Shown here piece after piece: positions 53,254 to 63,473 of a DNA stretch of 64,000 nt. This stretch comes from a virus. Every line of letters starts with the position of its first letter. Positions within the stretch are counted from its first letter, which is position 1. The stretch lies in UHGV virus genome UHGV-0057547; one strand, written 5' to 3'. The notes under the pieces were generated by a model. It saw nothing but the letters and a program-made list of their open reading frames with translations, was not told the DNA's origin and did not search any database. Made by a program: the position numbers and the translations under genes.

Positions 53254-54610
53254 AATTTGCTCCCTATGTAAGTAAATTGCATAGCAAATCCTTTTAATTG
53301 CTGGAAACTCCTAAAGCCTTGCAAACCACAACGCAACTTGAAAAAGTAAACGTGATGGTGACGAAAGTAGAAAAAATTGTAAGGATTACCCAAGGTTAAA
53401 TCCTAAAGGTGAATGAATGGACAATCAGCAGGTAAGATTTATATTTATTTTACTTTACTTTTAATAATTAATTTCGTATAATTTAAGTAAATGGAGGTGG
53501 TAGATATAAAATGGACAGAAGATAGAATTAAAGAATATGTTGAAAATCAAGGATATACTTATATAAAAAGAATTGAAGGAAAAGCAAGTATGTCGATTAT
53601 AGAAGTTTGGTGTGGAAATCTTAATCATAAATCTTATAGGGTTATGTTTAAAAATTTTAAAGGTAATAAAGCAAAAAAACCAACAAGATGCCCATATTGT
53701 AGTAAAAATAAAAAATTAACCATTGAAGAAGTAAGAGTATTTGTTGAAAAATATGATTTTAGTTTATTATCTGTAGAATATATTAATAATAGAACTCCAT
53801 TAACACTACAATGTAAAAATGGACATATATTTTCAATAAGATTAGATAATTTTAAACAAAGTTTAAAATGTCCAATGTGTTATAGACATTATGGTGCTTA
53901 CACCGAAGATGAAGTTAAGCAATACCTTGAAAGTTTTGGTTATGAATTACTGAATAAATATATAGATATACATAAAAAAATAATAATTAAATGCCCTAAA
54001 GGTCATATTTATAAAACTTCATTTAATAGTTTTAAAAATAATGGAACTAGATGTTCTATTTGTAGAAAATCAAAAGGTGAAGAAAAAATATCTAAAACAT
54101 TAAAAGAATTAAAAATAAAATTCATAAGTCAATTTGTATTCGATGATTGTCAATATAAAACATATCTTCCATTTGATTTTTATTTACCTGAATATAATAT
54201 ATTAATTGAATACGATGGGATTCAACACTATGAACCTGTAGACTTTGGTGGTAAAGGAAATGAATGGGCAAATAAACAACTCGAATTAACAAAAATAAAA
54301 GACAATATAAAAACACAATATTGTGAAAATAATAATATAAAACTTATAAGAATATCTTATTGGGAATTTGATAGCATAGAAAATATATTAAGTAAAGAGT
54401 TAAAAGTAAGAAAATAAATATGAATAAACTTCAACGACTATTCCGTAAGGAAGTAAAGCCACAAGCTATTGGTGGAAGAAATGGAGGATACCTAGAAATA
54501 GGTAGTGATATAGTCTGTTCTCATGTGAAAGCATGAGCAGTTTATATTGAATGAGTATAAACGATGTATGTGTAGCGAACATATGTGAACACAAAGATAA
54601 CTATATATCA
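53254..54610 (+). mobile_element. Group I intron carrying a Zn-ribbon/DUF559 homing-endonuclease ORF (3' end approximate)
   Basis: P1 ggagt/gctcc, P2 ctatgtaagtaaattgcatag; cores and P7 present. Confidence 0.55.
53491..54417 (+). CDS. Homing endonuclease, Zn-ribbon repeats plus DUF559/Vsr-like domain
   Basis: YLPFDFYLPEYNILIEYDGIQHYE...NNIKLIRISYWEF. Confidence 0.6.
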   Translation: MEVVDIKWTEDRIKEYVENQGYTYIKRIEGKASMSIIEVWCGNLNHKSYRVMFKNFKGNKAKKPTRCPYCSKNKKLTIEEVRVFVEKYDFSLLSVEYINNRTPLTLQCKNGHIFSIRLDNFKQSLKCPMCYRHYGAYTEDEVKQYLESFGYELLNKYIDIHKKIIIKCPKGHIYKTSFNSFKNNGTRCSICRKSKGEEKISKTLKELKIKFISQFVFDDCQYKTYLPFDFYLPEYNILIEYDGIQHYEPVDFGGKGNEWANKQLELTKIKDNIKTQYCENNNIKLIRISYWEFDSIENILSKELKVRK

Positions 54611-54639
54611 TTCTCAAGTGGTAGAACAGGAACATTAAC

Positions 54640-55026
54640 AATGAACTGTAACTAGTACAGCGTATGTAAAGAAATTTACATAGGACACAACCTTAAAACC
54701 AGTAACTCCTAAAGCTCAACAACTACAACAAAGGATAGAATCAGAAACCTTTGTGAATGTGAGGAAACTCTGAAACAATAGTTGAGATGATATATGGCGA
54801 GAGCCTAAGTATTGTAACAATGGATGTTTGGTCGCCAAACTTAGAAATAAGAAGGTCAAACGACTATGATTTGAAAGAATCATAAAGCCTCAAGCGAATG
54901 GAGGAAGAAATGGGTTGCCCCTAACAGATAATGCTGAGGGTGAAGAAATAGTCTAGTCACTCTAGGAAACTAGGTGCTTAGAATTGACTAAGGTTTATAA
55001 GTTGCGATTATAAATAAATATTAACG
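54640..55026 (+). mobile_element. ORF-less group I intron directly downstream of the previous intron, separated by a putative micro-exon within ~54611-54650
   Basis: P2-like hairpin atgtaaagaaatttacat, 5' core aactcctaaagctcaacaactacaac...tagttgagatgatatatgg (ctcaaca/tagttgag covariation), P7 caaacgactatg...gaaatagtctag. Confidence 0.5.
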
Positions 55027-55381
55027 TCAAGTAATGGATGAAGACTTCTTATGTATGATGCTTGGTGCTACTAAAGGTGCAGATGGTAAAATATCTGTAA
55101 CATCTTCAGTTCCAAACCAAAGTTATACAGCAGAAGGTACTTTCAGAACTACTTCATTAAATGGAGACCAATACAAAAAAATAAAATTCTACAACTTAAA
55201 AGCACAAGTTTCAGCTGACTTAACTTTATCTGCTTCTGATGTTTCTGAATTCTCATTAGTATTAGATATAATGGCTGACGATGCTGGTAAAATATTAGAT
55301 ATAGAAAACACTGCTGGTGGAGTATCTGCTGGATTTAATGAACCTGAAATTGTTTCTATAAAAGCTAAAGCTGATAAATAA
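55027..55381 (+). CDS. Major tail protein-like, terminal exon
   Basis: Open frame begins immediately after ...attaacg of the intron. Confidence 0.4.
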
Positions 55382-55484
55382 TTAAATATATACTTGATAA
55401 ATGGTGAGAGATAACTACTATCTCTTACCATTTTTTTTATGCCCCAATAGTCTTATTTTAGATATGTAAAATAAAAAGAAGGAG

Positions 55485-56039
55485 ATGATTTTTGTGGATA
55501 GATTAGCATTCACAAGCGATTTAATCGCAGATGATATAAGATGTAAATTAAAAGTTATAAGCAAAGAGGATGGTGAACCTAGTTACATAACTATATGGAA
55601 CATCAAAGGTGATAGAAGACAAGAAGTATTAAATGAATTAAACACTATTATGGAATTACATAATGAAGATGATGAAAAATTATTTAATATGTTTTATACT
55701 AGTCTTATTTTAGAATTCACTGATTTAGTAATAGATACAGATGATGTATTATTTTTATTAAATGATAGCACATTAACTGGAAAAATGTTAATGCAAGAAT
55801 TTAATGATATGATATATGAAATACAATATGAAATAGCTATGGATAACTTACAACAAACTAGAAATTTAGCTATGGCTTTAATAGCTAAGTCTACAATAGA
55901 TGAAATGAATTATGCACAAGAAAGAGTAGACCGTGCTAAAGATAAAAGAGATAAGAATATTTTTATAGATTTAGAAAAAGAAAAAAGAGAAAAACATCTT
56001 GCCTGTAAAAGAAAAGGAAATAAAAAATATAGAAAATAG
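55485..56039 (+). CDS. Tail assembly chaperone-like protein
   Basis: Position between major tail and tape-measure genes. Confidence 0.35.
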   Translation: MIFVDRLAFTSDLIADDIRCKLKVISKEDGEPSYITIWNIKGDRRQEVLNELNTIMELHNEDDEKLFNMFYTSLILEFTDLVIDTDDVLFLLNDSTLTGKMLMQEFNDMIYEIQYEIAMDNLQQTRNLAMALIAKSTIDEMNYAQERVDRAKDKRDKNIFIDLEKEKREKHLACKRKGNKKYRK

Positions 56040-56042
56040 GAT

Positions 56043-56468
56043 GTGATTGAATTGGTTTTTGATTCAATGGAGCAACTAGAAGCATATGTATTAAAGGCAA
56101 TGGATGATTGTGCTAAATTAAGTGCAAAAAAAATGTTAGACATAATGACAGATGAATTAGAAAATAGAATTTATAATAATTATTCACCTAACCTATATGT
56201 AAGAACAGGTGATTTGATGAATACACCTCAAATAATTTCTGCTGATTCAACTGGAATGCATACTGAATTTGTAGATAATGGTGGTTGGTTTAGTTTAGTA
56301 AGTGCAACAAAAGGGCAACATTTCTTTGCTTTAGAAGGATTAGAAGGTGGTCATTCTTGGGGAAGAGAAGCAACAAATGCTTACCCATTTGCTTACACTA
56401 GATGTCTTTCTGAAATACCCGACTATTATAGAAGTTGTTTAGTGGCATTTGGGATACCAATAGTTTAA
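56043..56468 (+). CDS. Tail assembly chaperone-like protein (second of pair)
   Basis: Gene order; overlaps TMP start. Confidence 0.35.
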   Translation: MIELVFDSMEQLEAYVLKAMDDCAKLSAKKMLDIMTDELENRIYNNYSPNLYVRTGDLMNTPQIISADSTGMHTEFVDNGGWFSLVSATKGQHFFALEGLEGGHSWGREATNAYPFAYTRCLSEIPDYYRSCLVAFGIPIV

Positions 56469-56502
56469 TCAATCTATTAATAAGAAAGAGTGGTGGTAAT
56501 TT

Positions 56503-59500
56503 GTGAGTGAATTTGATATAAGAATTGGTACGCAACTAGATACTAGTAAAGCGTTACAACAATTGATGGAATTCGTCAAAAAATATGACAATAAAGAAAA
56601 GATAAATATAGACATAGGCCAAACAAAAGGTGCTAATAACATAAAAAACACAACCAAAGCTATGAAAGAAATGCAAAAGATAGCTAAGGCGTTAGGAAGC
56701 ACAAAGATTGACATAGGTGGCAATATAGGTAAGGCTACTGGTGAAGCTACTAAATCATTAGAAAATAGTATAGACAAACAAGCCAAATCTATTGCCAAAA
56801 TAACTAGTAATGCACAAAGAGATTTAACTAAAGATGCTCAAAAAGGTATTGGGAATAGTCTTAAAGGTATCAATGCAGAAATGAAAGATACCCAAAGAAA
56901 TGTCGAGAGAATGATTAGTACTCTTGAACGAGCTAAGAAAGTTGAATTAATAGACCAAAAAGGTTTAGATGAAGGGTTAGCTAAATTAAAAGATATGAAA
57001 GCTAATCTTAATATAGGTAATATTGACAATGTAGAAAAAAAATTAGGGGAAGTAGCAAGTGACTATAAGAAATTAATGACAGATGCAACTAAGGAAGCAT
57101 TTAATAATGTTGAAGTATCAGGGTTATTAGAAGACTTAAAAGTTGTCAGAGAAGCTATGTCAGCTAAAAACATGGATTTAAGTGGTGTTGATACTTTAAT
57201 TTCTAAAGCTAAACAACTTACTTCTTTAAGTGTTGACCAAATGTTACAACAGTACAAAGAATTAAGACAAGTATTTAGTAAAGAATTAAAGATACCATTA
57301 GGTTTAAGTGGCATAATGAACGCTGAAACTGCAATTAAAAATGTTCTAGATTATAAAAACAAACTAACTGCTAAAGTTTCAGTTGAAACAAATTCAGAAC
57401 AAATAGATATTTTAAAAGATAAAATAATAAGATGTGATGAAGTTGTTGAACAACTTAGAGGAGATTTAAACTTAGTAGGTAGAAGTACAGCATTAAATTT
57501 AATGGAACAAGCTAATGAAAGAGAATTAGATACATTAAGCGCTAAATTAAAAAAATGTAAAAATGATTATGCTAGTTTAGAAAAAGAAAGAGAAAGATTA
57601 AATAAAGATAGTAGATACCTTGGAACAGAAGATTTAAACAACATAGAGAAACAATCATTAGCCATAAAGAAAAACCTTGATAGTTTAAATGTTGGAAATT
57701 TAAATACTGATAAAATAAATAAAGTTACTGGTGACATAGATAATTTAAGAAAAACAATAGAATCAACTGGTAATTCAGCTAAAAAATTAGATATAGAAGC
57801 AACAGTTAAAGTAGATATGAAAAATGCTCAAGACCAATTAAATGGTATGTATTCTGCTTTAATAAAATCTAATAAATCTACCGTAATGGTTAAAAAATAT
57901 AAAGATGAATTAGAAGGATTATTTGATTTATCTAAGACTAACCCAGGTGTAGCACTAGACAAAATAAGTGGTTTTATAGAAAAAGTAAATAAAGAAGCCA
58001 AGAATAAAGGTTTAGGTAAAATAACTGGTGGTTTAGACCAATACAAACAATACTTAAAAGATTATGAATCATTAGTTAAAAAAGCTAGTGGTACTACTGA
58101 TATTGGTTTTGCAAAAGCTTACAAATCAGAAGTTACACAAATAGAAAAAGCATTAGACCAATTAGAAAGTGGATTTAACCAAACTCAAAAATCTATGGCT
58201 AAATCTTTGAGATTAGAGTCAATTAATAAGAATACTCAAGAATTTATTAATCAAGTTGAGAAATCTATTAAGAAAACTCAAGAATATAAAAAAGAATTAC
58301 AAACTCTTAATAATGATATAAATTTTGATGGTCTTACTTCTAAATTAGGTCAAAAAGTCAAAGAAGAATTTGACGGAATGATTAATAAAACTAATCAATT
58401 AGAAAAAAGACTTGGCAATATGTTATCATCAGGTAACATAAATACTACTGAACTATCTAAGTTAAAATCAGAACTTGAAAGTACTTTTTCCGGACTTTCT
58501 AAACTTAAGGATACTAGTATAAAAATTAAAACTGATGAAACTGTATCAGGACTTAATAAAATCAAAAAAGATTTAGAAACATTAGGACAAGATACTAGTC
58601 AAATAGAAAGAGTTATTAACGCATTAAAAGAACTTAAAGCCAATTTCAATGGTGGTACAGCAGGTTATAAAGAATTAGCCAATGGAATAAAATCTATTGG
58701 AAAAGATAATAACTTAGAAAAACTAAATAGTTCTTTAGAAAAATCAGTTAAGAAATTTAATAACTTAGCTAAAGCTGTCGGAGAACTAAAGGTTAAAAAT
58801 ATAGGTAATATAGACCAAGGTGCTTTTCAATCTTTAGATAGTCAAGTTGCACGAATACAATCTCATATAGAAGGTTTAAATAAAAATGATATATCTTTAA
58901 TAGATGTTAAAAAAGTTGAAGCAGAAGTAAATGAATTAAGCAACTGTGTAGAAAAAATGAGTAGTGAATTAACTCAATATAGTAAATATTTGGAAGAATA
59001 TAAAAGATTATCTAGTCAAGCAGGTAAAACAAATGATGTTAATTTAGCTACAAAATATCAACAAGAAGCAGAAGGTATAAAAGGTGTATTAACTCAATTA
59101 GAAAGTGAGTTTACACAAGCTCAAAAATCTATTGCTCAAGGATTAAAAACTGATGCTTTCTCTAATGCTAATGAAAAAATGTCTTCTGAAATTAATAAAT
59201 CAATTAAAACAGTTGATAATCTTAAAGAAAAACTTAATACATTAGATAAAGATGTACATTTTGAAAATATGACATCTGAATTAGGTAAAGAATTAAATAG
59301 TCAATTTGATACTTTAGCTAATAAAGGTGAAGAATTAAAAGATAAATTAAATAAAATATTAGCATCTGATAACGTAGATATTTCTGCTTTAAGTAAAATT
59401 AAAAAAGAAATAAGCGAATTTGCAAGTGAAGTTAATAATTTAAAAAATTCTGCAATGGATAATGTTATTAGAGAATCTTTTGATAACATTAAAATACCTA

Positions 59501-61630
59501 ATTTAAATAAACAACTAGAAGCCGTTAAAGATTTAATGTCACTTAAAAATATGGACACTAGTGGTATAGATACTTTAATAGAAAGAACTAAAAAATTATC
59601 AAGTTTAAGCGTAGATAAAATAGGTCAAGAGTTTAAGGAAATACAAAATGCACTTGGTAAAGAAATTAATTTACGTTTAGGTTCTAGTGGTATCAAAGAT
59701 ATAGAATCTGCATTAAAAGTTATATTACAATATAGAAATGAATTAAAAAATAAAATAGCAGTTGAAACAGATTCGTCAAAAGTAAAAGACCTTAATAACC
59801 AATTAGAAAAAACTGAGAATATAATAGAAAAGCTTAAAGGTCAAACTAGTGGTGGACTTGGTGCAAGTTTAATTAGCGATGCTAATAATAATAACTTAAA
59901 ACAATTAGAAGATACTGCTAATGGATTAGAGAAAACATTCTCTAATTTAGAAAATGAAGTAAATAAATTAAACAGCGAAGCATTGAATAAGGTTGACATA
60001 AGTCAATTAAGGGAAATGAATGAAGTTGTTAATGATGTAAAGAAAAATTTAGCATCTATTGGAGAAGGAAATGTTAATGTTGATTCAATAAATAAAACAG
60101 CACAAGATATAGAAAAATTAAAAAGACTAATAGAAAACACTAAAAAGACAATTAGTGATATGAAATTAGAAGTTTCATTTAATATTAAATCAAATGAAGC
60201 AGAACAATATTTAGCAGGTTTTGAATCAGCTTTATTAAGATTAGGTAAATCAACTAGTGGAATAAATGATTTAAAAAGTGAATTTGAAAGTATAAAAAAT
60301 TCAGCTAACGGAAATTTAAGTAGTGCCATAAAAATGATTGATGACTTTATTAATAAATTAAAACAAATGGGTAGCAAACAAGGTCTAGGTAATATAAGTG
60401 GTACTATATCTCAATATAAACAATATGCTAAAGAATTACAACAAGCTATGAGTGGAGCATTGAAATCTAGTGGTTCTGATACAGCTAAAGGATTTGAACA
60501 ACAAGCTGATAGAATAAAAAATGCTATGCAACGTTTAACTTCAAGTTTCAAAGAATCACAAAGAGAATCGGCTAATGCTTTTAACAGTAGTTCATTTAGT
60601 GGTTTTTCTTCTAAATATGAAGCTGAAATAAATAAAGTTGAAAAAAGTATAAACAGATTTAAATCATCAATGCAAAATTTAGATAAAGCTGTAAACTTCA
60701 AAAGTTTCCAAAGTGATGTAGGTAGAGGTTTATCTGAACAATTTGACCAAATAATGGCGAAAGCCGAACAATTAAGAGATAAACTAAAGAGTGCATTATC
60801 TTCAGGTACATTTGATATAAGTGAAATAAATAGAATAAAAGATGAATTAAAACAAGTTGAACAAGAAGCAGATTCATTAAAACAAAAATCTATTGTATTG
60901 AAATGTGCCGAAAGTATATCTGAATTAGAAAAGCTTAGTAGTAAACTAAGAGATATAGGTGGAGATACATCACAAATAGACAGATTAAGAGATGAATTTG
61001 TTTCACTTGGTTCAGGTATAAAAGAGGGTACTGCTGGAATAGATGATGCAATTTCTAAACTGAAATCTTTATCTTCGGAAGCACAAAGAACTTTTAGTTC
61101 TTTTGAATCATCTACTGGTAAAATAGGTTCTTTTGGTTCTAAAATACAAGGTTTCTTTGGTTCTATTAAGGATTCATTTAGGAATTTTACTATTGGTGAA
61201 TTAATGGCTGATGGTATAAATCAAGCTGTTTATCAAATAAAAGATACTATATCAGGTTTAGATGAAGCAATGTCCGAATTTAAAAGGGTTGCTCCTGATA
61301 ACTTTAGTTTAAACACATCTAACTTACAAAGTGTTGCTAATGAAGCAAGAGAAATAGGTATTAGTGTTGGGCAATCAGTAGAAGATGTTATCACTGGAAT
61401 GAGTACTGCATTACAAGCTGGTGCAGGCGACATTAAAACAGCTTCTGAAATAGCTAAAAGTTCTGCTATATTCCAAAATGTTACAGATATGGATGCAAAA
61501 AGTGCCTCAAAAGCTATTTCTTCAATGGTTAACCAATATTATGATATGGATTCAGCATTAAATCAAGTTGACCACGGTGTAGGTAAATCTGTAAAAGGAT
61601 ACAATAACTTAACTGAAGCGATGGATTTGG
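56503..61630 (+). CDS. Tape measure protein, exon 1 (about 1709 aa; internal approximately triplicated coiled-coil module)
   Basis: Length, coiled-coil repeats, position; ORF read-through of 11 codons into the intron; P1 tggt/gccg. Confidence 0.6.
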
Positions 61631-62695
61631 TAATTGATTTGCCGTTTATATTAGAAATAATATAAATTATTAGAGGGCAAAATCGGTGAAGACTAAATAT
61701 TTTAATTTATTTACTTTTAATAAAAAATATGGTATAATAATATAAAATAGGAGGGGATATAATGAGAAGATTGAGTTATGAATATGTAAAAGAGTATATA
61801 GAAAATTTTGGTTATAAATTATTATCAAAAGAATATAAAAACAATAAAACTGAATTAGAAATACAATGTAATGATTGTGGGAATATATTCCATATGAGAT
61901 TTAACAATTTTAAAGATGGTAAACATAGATGTGAATGTAAGAGCAAACCATTAGTTTTGACATATGAATATGTTAAAAATTATATTGAATCATGTGGATA
62001 TAAATTATTATCAAAAGAATATAAAAATAATGCAACCTATTTATTGGTTTGGTGTGGAAATCCTAATCACAAACCTTATAAAGTTAAATTTAATAATTTT
62101 AAAGATTGTAATAGTAGATGTCCTGAATGTAATACAACTTCAAAAGGTGAAGAAAAAATAAAAGAAATTCTAATAAAATATAATATAAAATTTAATCAAC
62201 AATATTTATTTAATGATTGTAGAAATACAAGACCACTTCCATTTGATTTTTATTTACCACAGTATAATATTACAATAGAATATGATGGGAGACAACATTA
62301 TAAATTAGATTGTTTTAATATGAATTTATTAGATTTAATGAATTTGAAATATAATGATAATAAAAAAACACAATATTGCAATAATAATAATATAAAACTT
62401 ATAAGAATACCATATTGGGATTTTAATAATATAGAAAAAATACTTAAAAAAGAATTAAAAGTAAATTGAATAAAGTACAAGTTAATACCGAGATAACTTA
62501 TTAGATTACGAAAAGGCTAATAAGTATTGTAGAGCATAGAGGATGAATAAATATAACTCCTCCAAGAGTGTCCTCCATCCTAACGTAAAGACGAGGATGA
62601 AAATATATGCCATACTGAATTGGAATAGACCAATTGATGAAAATGAGGGAAACCTCCAGAGCATAAGATAAAAAGCTTATGGATAATAACAATAG
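61631..62695 (+). mobile_element. Type-2 (T-family) intron carrying a Zn-ribbon/DUF559 endonuclease ORF; 3' part is element T4
   Basis: P2 tttatattagaaataatataaa, caaaatcggtgaagactaa block, internal promoter, ORF, then T4 with covarying hairpins. Confidence 0.5.
61762..62469 (+). CDS. Homing endonuclease, Zn-ribbon repeats plus DUF559/Vsr-like domain (shortest paralog)
   Basis: PLPFDFYLPQYNITIEYDGRQHY...NNIKLIRIPYWDF. Confidence 0.55.
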   Translation: MRRLSYEYVKEYIENFGYKLLSKEYKNNKTELEIQCNDCGNIFHMRFNNFKDGKHRCECKSKPLVLTYEYVKNYIESCGYKLLSKEYKNNATYLLVWCGNPNHKPYKVKFNNFKDCNSRCPECNTTSKGEEKIKEILIKYNIKFNQQYLFNDCRNTRPLPFDFYLPQYNITIEYDGRQHYKLDCFNMNLLDLMNLKYNDNKKTQYCNNNNIKLIRIPYWDFNNIEKILKKELKVN

Positions 62696-62708
62696 AAATT
62701 ACGCTGGT
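62696..62708 (+). CDS. Tape measure protein 13-nt micro-exon (aaattacgctggt) between two introns
   Basis: Flanked upstream by T4 3' end and downstream by P1 loop/IGS gccag complementary to its ctggt end; frame depends on exact splice sites. Confidence 0.35.
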
Positions 62709-63099
62709 TAGAATTAGCCAGGCTATATGGAGACATATAGTACAAATCTCTTTTGAATTGCTGGAAAGGACTTAGAGCCTATTGAACTACAACGTAGATG
62801 GAAACATCAAACGTGAATGTTAAAAAATCAATAGGATTGTTCAATCAGCAGGTAAAATTCTAAGTGATAATTTATCATATGAATAAACTTCAACGACTAT
62901 CCCTTGGATTTGCTAATTTAGTAAATCAATAGGAGTACGGCTCAAGCGATTGGAGTGGGTGAGAATCCCTTAAATGGAAGTGGAAGAGGACTTATAAAAG
63001 TTCAAGATATAGTCTACTCTCGTAGGAAATCTACGAGCAGTCCTTTTTTTGGACGGTATGTATATAGCGAATACATATGAATATTAAGGAATAACTTCG
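62709..63099 (+). mobile_element. ORF-less group I intron in the tape-measure gene (3' end 63089-63099)
   Basis: P1 ctggt/gccag, P2 ctatatggagacatatag, full 5' and 3' cores, P7 caacgactatc...agatatagtctac. Confidence 0.55.
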
Positions 63100-63473
63100 C
63101 AATTTCATCTGATGGTGTAACAGAAGCATTACAACGTGGTGGTTCTGTATTATCTAACTATGGAGTAGATTTAAAAGATTCCATTGCAATGATAACTGGA
63201 GCAAATGAATCTTTACAAGACCCTGCTCGTATAGGTAATGGTTTAAAATCTATAGCAATTAACCTTTCAGGTATTAAAACAAATGCACAAACAGGTGCTC
63301 TTGAATTAAATAAAACAGCAAAAGCATTACAAGAAACTGCTAAAATAGATATATTTACTGATAAATCTAAAACACAAGTTAAAGATATTGTTAGTATACT
63401 AGATGAAGTAAAAGATAAATGGGCTTCTTTGACTGATGTTGAACAAAAAGGATTATCAGAAGCCATAGCAGGT
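63100..63473 (+). CDS. Tape measure protein, further exon
   Basis: Open TMP-like frame from the intron end; exon ends gcaggt before another intron. Confidence 0.5.

Noticed and set aside
30031-63100. Regularly recurring ~170-nt conserved blocks separated by ORFs, superficially like a repeat array or CRISPR-like structure
   Set aside because: Spacing is irregular. Blocks come in cognate 5' and 3' halves with P1/P7 pairing and covariation, and they interrupt reading frames. They are group I intron cores, not CRISPR repeats.
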